The position numbers and the translations under genes were made by a program. A stretch of DNA of 63,624 nucleotides, the filler included, from Craspedostauros australis (taxonomy: Eukaryota): NCBI GenBank assembly GCA_030167865.1. It is 13 parts of 13 records of this genome, joined end to end, with 100 filler letters (N's around TTAATTAATTAA, not from the genome) between each part and the next. Parts side by side here need not be neighbours in the genome. Positions count along the whole stretch, not along the records: positions 34,502 to 60,543 come from JALAGF010000087.1; positions 60,644 to 62,048 come from JALAGF010000089.1; positions 62,149 to 63,624 come from JALAGF010000095.1; 10 more parts are not named here. One strand, given 5' to 3'. Positions within the stretch are counted from its first letter, which is position 1, and the number at the start of each line of letters is the position of its first letter. The notes beneath the pieces were generated by a model. The model did no database searches, had not been told where the DNA came from, and saw only the letters and a list, made by a program, of their open reading frames with translations. This document shows positions 56,973 through 63,624 of this stretch, in pieces.

Positions 56973-57576
56973 ACAATAGAAGCAAAGCATAAAAACCCCC
57001 CCACACTCAAAGCTCCACTTGTAGTTCTGTTCGTTTCGTTTCTTCGAGCTGGTGTTTGGGAAGTCACGAGCGTGAGCTTTCGTGCATTGCTGGCTGATGT
57101 CTCCCAGACCATTTTCTGACAAGTCTCCTGATTTCAGGCGAAAGGAATTGCCTGCGAACGTGTTACTGCGAGTAGACGAGCACCTTGTTGGCATATGAAT
57201 CTAGCTTCTTGGCATATGTCGCACGGATACGAGCTACGTCGAGGGATTGCCTGCCCTGAAGAAGACGGTTGAGGACTACACGCCCTTACCAATGCAACTC
57301 AGATTGCCGCTTTTAGTCTTCCTATTGTTAGTTACCAATAGTTACCAACTGTCATCAATAGCCAATTGTTAGAATTATTATGATACGTATAATATAATCG
57401 GTACGCCCAGTCTGGGCGATGACAGCAATCTCTTTACGACTTAACGATGATCAATGTTGACAATGCCAACGCAACGGAAAGCTCCCCCTATCACACGGCT
57501 TCTGCGTCCTGCCACGTTAGAATCAGAGCATCGCACTGCCCCAGCAGCAACATCAATATCAACCTCAACCCAGGGT

Positions 57577-59973
57577 TCAATCATCCGCAAAGTCAAATAG
57601 ACTTGTATCTCCCACCACGACGGGTTGCTGATTCACCGCCGGCTGCAAGAACCGATCTACGTCCATCGCGCTTGCACTTGCATTCACGCTCGCAGGAGTG
57701 CCGAACATGATGTCCTTCTTCTCCACTTCGTCTATTGCTTTGTCAGGATCGGCCAATTCACCGCCTCTGTCCACATCACTGTTGCTTCTCTTCGTGCCAT
57801 TCGATACGGTACTGCTGGTGCTACCCATGCTACCGCTGTTACCTTCTGTGTTGTTGCCACCGGTTGCTTTGGTAGTGTTCACCACGTCCATCAGATACTG
57901 CAGCGCACCATCCAGCAAGTACAGACGATAGTACTCGTCGTCCGGGCTGCCGAACGAGTTGCTCATGTACCCGTTCAACGTGTTCTGCAAGGCCTTGTGG
58001 AAGGTCTGCATCGTGTCGATCTTGAGCTTCTTGGGCATCTCCAACCGCACCATGCACCACAGCTGCAGCATGGTGACGGCGCCGATGTACAGCTCGACCT
58101 TTTCGACGATCATGCTGACATTCGTGAGCACTTGTTCATCTTCGTCGATGCTCTGCCCCAGCTGCCGGATGTAGATGCCCAGGTACGACCACAGCGCATC
58201 CGTGGCGGAATCCTCGAACAGGATCCCTCGCAGCAGATCCATGAACTTCGCCTGCAACGCTGGATGCGGACAGTCGTGGATGAGCTTGCGCACGATGCTG
58301 ACCTGATTCTCGGGATGGTATCGCTGCAGCAGATCCTTCATCATTCCAAGCACCCTCCGCTTCTGAGTCATCACATCTGCTGCCATCATGTCCCCTTGCA
58401 TTGCCATCGCGTCGGCCATGCCTTCGCCGCCGGCGTCGCTGGTCATCTCCGCCATGCTTGCTGCCATCACCATGTTCGAGAGCTGCTGGAAGGTCCGGAA
58501 GGGGGCGATGGGGCCCTTCGAATTGGTGCGAACGGTCGGCAAGGAGAATCGTTCCACGAGGGGGAGGAAATCTTCCAGGTGGTCCATCGCCGCGCTTCTC
58601 AAGTACGGCAGTCTTCTGGAGTGAGTCTCATCCAACAGAGTTGCGACGTGAGGAAACCACACGGTCCAAGCATAGAGAGGAGATAGCACGAGGGGTCGGT
58701 CATGGAAGGTTGACACAGAGAATGCCGCCACGCCGAGTGCATCCCACACCGTGTTCATCCCAGCAACCCGTTCGTGGCAGTGCGCAGTCTGGGTCCACCA
58801 GGCGAGATCCATTTCACGACGCAAGAACATGACGTCCTCATCCACTTCGTGGTCCGTAAATGACTCGATGTGCGCTCTCCATGGCTGCATCAAGATAGTC
58901 TCTGCTGATTCCCGCACTGTGCCGTCCTGGCAGATTTGATGTACCACGTTGTGATGCCTCGATATCCTGCTGGGGCGTTCGCTGAACGGGCCGTGCATGC
59001 AGCTGGCCTCGTAGTCCGACAGTGACACGAAGTTCTTCCCCATGAGCTGCATCGTGGAGCCTACAAGGCCAGCAAAGGTGGGGATATGGTAGGATTCAGC
59101 TGGCAGGGCTGTCACGACCTGCAGGCATGCCGGCACGACAAAGTCGCACCACAGCACATCCGAAAGCAGTTCCGCATTGTCATCCTCCGCACGGTAATGC
59201 TGAAACATCCGAACGGTCTCAAAGAGCAGGCTTTGCCATCTCTTGACTCTCGATTCGATCTTGGGCTGCGGACCCCGCCGCAATGCATGGCAGCACAGCA
59301 GGATGCAGAGGGTGACGTGCGTCACGGAGCCTGCGGTGAAGACCACGCACTGGCTGGCGGCCGAATGAAGCTCGAACGGCGACAGCTTGGGCAAGATCTG
59401 CCGCATGAGACTGACGCCATTCTTCCAACCTGCAACATCAGGACTGTTCATGGCCATGATGCCGCCACCACCACCACCATCATCCTCATCATCATCTGCG
59501 GCATGCTCCGATGACAGATTCTTCCAGAGGAATGGCGGGACTTCCGTCTGTCTGACATGGCTATCCGTGACAAGGTCCGAATGCGACGCCAGCGACGACA
59601 GGATCTCGCACAGCCTGGCTTCCGGGTCAGTGCTAGCATCCGTCGATTCCTTGATTCCATCACCCCGACCGTCGCCTTTTGCGTCCATCACGAACGGCGA
59701 TGGTGACGATGAAGGAATCTCGAAATGGACTCTGGGGGCCATCATGACCTCGTCCACGTCGCTGTTTGGCACTGCGTCCACGGTTGGTTGTGGTGCCGCC
59801 ATTGTCATCGTGGGTACAGACGTCGACGTTGACGTTGACGTTGATGTCTCTGTTCCTGTTCCTGTTCCTTGTTTTGCTGGCGTTGCTGTTGTCCTGTCTG
59901 CCATGGTGGTCCCCTCAAGTGTGCGGAACGTCCTGCCTTGATGTTGTGCTCCTGTCTCCGTCGCTGCGTCCAT
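57577..59973 (-). CDS. Hypothetical alpha-helical protein, 798 aa (possibly glomulin/ALF4/Ybp-like)
   Basis: Long uninterrupted ORF with a helical core between disordered ends; family resemblance is weak (PLVLSPLY; LIHDCPHPALQAKFMDLLR). Confidence 0.8.
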   Translation of the reverse strand: MDAATETGAQHQGRTFRTLEGTTMADRTTATPAKQGTGTGTETSTSTSTSTSVPTMTMAAPQPTVDAVPNSDVDEVMMAPRVHFEIPSSSPSPFVMDAKGDGRGDGIKESTDASTDPEARLCEILSSLASHSDLVTDSHVRQTEVPPFLWKNLSSEHAADDDEDDGGGGGGIMAMNSPDVAGWKNGVSLMRQILPKLSPFELHSAASQCVVFTAGSVTHVTLCILLCCHALRRGPQPKIESRVKRWQSLLFETVRMFQHYRAEDDNAELLSDVLWCDFVVPACLQVVTALPAESYHIPTFAGLVGSTMQLMGKNFVSLSDYEASCMHGPFSERPSRISRHHNVVHQICQDGTVRESAETILMQPWRAHIESFTDHEVDEDVMFLRREMDLAWWTQTAHCHERVAGMNTVWDALGVAAFSVSTFHDRPLVLSPLYAWTVWFPHVATLLDETHSRRLPYLRSAAMDHLEDFLPLVERFSLPTVRTNSKGPIAPFRTFQQLSNMVMAASMAEMTSDAGGEGMADAMAMQGDMMAADVMTQKRRVLGMMKDLLQRYHPENQVSIVRKLIHDCPHPALQAKFMDLLRGILFEDSATDALWSYLGIYIRQLGQSIDEDEQVLTNVSMIVEKVELYIGAVTMLQLWCMVRLEMPKKLKIDTMQTFHKALQNTLNGYMSNSFGSPDDEYYRLYLLDGALQYLMDVVNTTKATGGNNTEGNSGSMGSTSSTVSNGTKRSNSDVDRGGELADPDKAIDEVEKKDIMFGTPASVNASASAMDVDRFLQPAVNQQPVVVGDTSLFDFADD

Positions 59974-60770
59974 CCACTTCCCTTCACCACACAGAACACT
60001 GTGCGCACAAGAGAAAACGCTTCGCTTGGCGAAGTTCGGATCTGTCTGTTTCGGACATTGTCAGTGCCCTTTTGCAACGAATACTTGTTTGTCTGTCAGT
60101 TTGTGTCACAGCCGGATTATCGTCGGATGAGTCGGACACTCATCAAACCAAAAAGATACTTTTTGGGAGCTCCGCGCCAAACGCCTCAACAGTCGCCAAC
60201 AGAAAGATCGTTGTGCTATCGTCGTACCCGAAGCCCATACTACCTCCAGGTCGCAGTTGATGCACTCACGATAACACTAGTTGTGGAGTTTTGGCCCCTT
60301 GTTGTCACTGGTTTGCTTGCTTTTGGGAGAAACGGCGATTGGATATTTAGAGCTATTGTGTGTTTGCTCTCGCTGATCCGTCTTCTACGTCACAGGGAAC
60401 GTATTCCACGTCATGAGAAACGAGTCACAACAGAGGAAGAGACATCGTGTGACTCTTCCTCTGCAAGACAACGTGATGACTGTGCGAAGCAACAACAGAA
60501 TGTGCCAGGCCAGGACAGCCAACAACACTCCACGTTGACCAGTNNNNNNNNNNNNNNNNNNNNNNNNNNNNNNNNNNNNNNNNNNNNTTAATTAATTAAN
60601 NNNNNNNNNNNNNNNNNNNNNNNNNNNNNNNNNNNNNNNNNNNTCTGTTCTTGTGGTTTGGGTTGGCTTGCGTCACTCAGTGCGAAGTAGTTTTGTCTGT
60701 TTCTTCACGATCCAAATGTCCGTTATAATCGACCAAACGTCCGTTAAATAGTTCGATAAATTCTTGAGTT

Positions 60771-60864
60771 TTGTCCGGTTGATTCGTTTGTTTTGTCCGG
60801 TCTGTCCGGTCATTTTGTCCGGTTTGTCCGGTCTGTCCGGTCGTTTTGTCCGGTTTGTCCGGTC
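60771..60864. repeat. TGTCCGG array (8 visible copies, ~31-bp higher-order unit) running into an N gap
   Basis: Direct reading. Confidence 0.9.
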
Positions 60865-61251
60865 NNNNNNNNNNNNNNNNNNNNNNNNNNNNNNNNNNNN
60901 NNNNNNNNNNNNNNNNNNNNNNNNNNNNNNNNNNNNNNNNNNNNNNNNNNNNNNNNNNNTCGTGCCTGGACCAACGACAATTGAAGAGCAATAGCGTAAC
61001 CCTATCTACGATTTTCAGGATTTCAGGCGATTCACTTTTCTGTCTCAACGCAGTGTATTAAGTCCCGGTAAATTAGGTCACGATCTAGAAACGTAAAAAT
61101 CGGACAAAATGTTGGGTGTTCCTGCATGGCTATTGCAAACAATAATGGTGGTTGGACATTGTGGCACATAACGTTTGTTCCGAGTGTTCGCAAATGTCGG
61201 TGACCAACGAGAACAAGACAGTATCCATAATGATTTTGGTCTGGTACTGGC

Positions 61252-61934
61252 CTACGTAGCTTGCGTCCGGACGCAAATTGGAGGTGCAGTTTGCGTCCCC
61301 ACGCAAATTGGGCCAATTTGCGTCCGGACGCAANNNGCGACTCAAAGGACTAGCCCAAATACGCTTTACGAGAAGCCGTTTTTTTTTTCAAACCNTTTTT
61401 CGCTGGCCATCTCGACTCACGACATGACTCATGTCTTAGTTCTATAATAATCGCTGCAGTTGTGGTAATTGAACAAACAATAATCATGATTCGTGCTCCA
61501 CCCTCCTTGTTGTGTTACACCGTTGCCAGGATTTTGGTGTTGTTGTCAGGAGCGTGGTGAATGACATCGAAATCAAAAAGTAAAAGCTCATTACCTCAGA
61601 TCCCATGACGTCAGAAAAGCCAGACAGGCGCACGGAAAGGAACCCCTGAGACATGACCAATGACGCCGTGCTGCATCGCTAGGTTTTTTTTTTGAAATCG
61701 CCAAATAAATGTGTTACTCGAAGGAGTCAGAAAAAAAAACAACCCACTTTCGGGTTTCGGACCGAAATCGNNNNNNNNNNNNNNNNNNNNNNNNNNNNNN
61801 NNNNNNNNNNNNNNNNNNNNNNNNNNNNNNNNNNNNNNNNNNNNNNNNNNNNNNNNNNNNNNNNNNNNNNNNNNNNNATTTGCGTCCGGACGCAAACTGA
61901 GCGTTCAATTTGCGTCCGGACGCAAGCTACGTAG
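61252..61934. mobile_element. MITE-like non-coding element with ~56-bp imperfect inverted repeats built from TTTGCGTCCGGACGCAAA palindromes
   Basis: Left CTACGTAGCTTGCGTCCGGACGCAAATTG is the exact reverse complement of right CAATTTGCGTCCGGACGCAAGCTACGTAG, and similarity continues inward to the N gap. Confidence 0.6.
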
Positions 61935-63302
61935 AGAATGCGTCCGGACGCAAGAAAAACGTCATTAGGGAGATATCGCATGTAATTTGATGAGTCCCAG
62001 GGTCCAAAATAACCTGATAGAGACATTTCTTTGGGGGGGTGGATGAGANNNNNNNNNNNNNNNNNNNNNNNNNNNNNNNNNNNNNNNNNNNNTTAATTAA
62101 TTAANNNNNNNNNNNNNNNNNNNNNNNNNNNNNNNNNNNNNNNNNNNNGGGAGAACGACAATGCGCAAATGTGCTGTTGTGTTCATGTGGGGCATGTGTC
62201 GATGGCTGAATGGGCTGGTTGGTTGATGTGGGCGAATGAGAATGTGTTGGTTTGCGTGGGTGAGCATCGTGGTTTTTTATGACAAGAATGATTTGTTTGG
62301 ATCGGGCGTTTTTGCGATGTTGGCAATGCAACCGAAAGTGATGTTGTGCAACACTGCTCTTTGTGGACGTGCTTGGTTGCGCTCCCGTTCTTTCCCTGCG
62401 TTAAAACAAACCAGCATGACCGTACGCTCCATCAAGACGCAAATTCCTTCCTGTGTGGCCACGCGTACATGCAGAAGCAGGCGCATTTCCATCGCAGCGA
62501 TGAACTCCGCGTCAGCGTCCGCGCGTGACTTGGAACTGCCCAAAACGCCAAAACAGGATCGGGCAGTCCGTTGGCGCGGTTGAATACCACTTGGTGAATC
62601 GAAAACGAACACATTGAAGTTTCGCATTCCATGGCAGTGTTCGCTCGTGACTTGGAATGTCCAAAAAATGCCCAGGCAGGATTGAACAGTCCGTTGGTGC
62701 GGTCGAATACGACCAAGTCGAAATGAACTCGCAACCATTTCGCTCGACATGACCACACTCAAACAACGTCACAAAGAGCCCAAAACGCGGCCTCTTGGTC
62801 CCAAATGGTACTTTCATAGACGTTGATTGCACCGATATTGACATGTGCCGAACAATTATCGACAAGAATGGGTCTAAGCAATGCCTTTTTGGGGTCAAAA
62901 TGAACGCGAAGGCATAATTTAGTCTCGAATTCACATCAATCGGTATAGAAAGGGGCTAAAATATGCCCGAATGTTTCAGCTTGAACCGTTCATCGTTATT
63001 GTGCCTATTCAGATCTGCAATGCTCACAACAACACCCCAAGTTCGTTGTGCCTCAGGGACCAAACCGTTCAAAACTGCAGTGTACTTACAAACCAACCAA
63101 CATGTCGGGCCGACGCGTCAAAGGCGACGCAGGGAAAACACTGTTTCGATCCGAACAACGCAGACAGAATGACAAAAATGAACACGTGTTCCACGATTCG
63201 ACGGCGAGATGGAAAAACTTTGCGACCGTTCGATGCGAACATTCCAAGTCGAACTTCGCAGAGGGCGAATAAATGTGACAAAATGTTACCGGTCATCTTG
63301 CG

Positions 63303-63624
63303 CTTTGCCTGTGTCTCTACGTCTCTGTCTGTTTTGTTCTTTTTGGTTCGATACGATTTAGCGTTTCTGTCTGTGCTTTCTGACGTTGCACGTATCACTA
63401 CTTGGTAGGATTGGGCCCCCCAGTGTGTCACGTTTCCAAACACGATTTGTCGCAACAATACTGCAGGGACACGTACTACATAACGCGTACAAAATCGGTC
63501 GTGCGAAATCGGTCGTGCGAAATCCGTCACAACCCTCTTTCTCTTTGCCTGTGTCTCTACGTCTCTGTCTGTTTTGTTCTTTTTGGTTCGGTACGATTTA
63601 GCGTTTCTGTCTGTGCTTTCTGAC
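63303..63624. repeat. 82-bp direct repeat at 240-bp spacing (63303..63384 and 63543..63624), truncated by window end
   Basis: One mismatch between copies; a 14-bp tandem AAATCGGTCGTGCG lies between them. Confidence 0.9.

Noticed and set aside
7807..62148. Recurrent TTAATTAATTAA motif flanked by Ns as a biological repeat or piggyBac-like TTAA site
   Set aside because: Exactly 100-bp, invariant, six-frame-stop linker; an assembly concatenation artefact. ORF ends at these linkers are artificial.

Overview
Eukaryotic, most likely diatom, draft-genome sequence. Evidence: GT-AG introns, bipartite ASAFAP-type plastid presequences, a diatom-type NRT2 and CoDi-like Ty1/copia elements. The window is not contiguous. 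It is 13 contigs/scaffolds joined by twelve artificial 100-bp linkers (44 N + TTAATTAATTAA + 44 N), so adjacency across linkers has no biological meaning. Contents in order: (1) a 7.8-kb contig with three degraded, mutually divergent DDD-transposase genes, tentatively Sola3-like; (2) a 3'-truncated NRT2 nitrate transporter; (3) three overlapping or redundant fragments of a decayed copia pol; (4) a P-loop NTPase fragment; (5) an apparently intact ~8.6-kb Ty1/copia element with a single 2412-aa ORF, a tRNA-iMet PBS, a PPT and an assembly-collapsed ~700-bp LTR, whose polyprotein has a hydrophobic segment between Gag and protease and a long unexplained insert between integrase and RT; (6) an ICL/PEP-mutase family gene, a Cys-repeat protein, an LRR fragment and a copia gag-protease fragment; (7) a 26-kb gene-rich contig with a triple glycosyltransferase fusion, a plastid hypothetical protein, tRNA-Pro, tRNA-Leu, p24, HIG1, a TauD-like dioxygenase, an NYN/LOTUS/SAP protein, RPL11 and hypothetical proteins; (8) two repeat-only contigs, one containing a palindrome-rich MITE-like element. 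All family calls come from motif recognition by eye; no searches were run.
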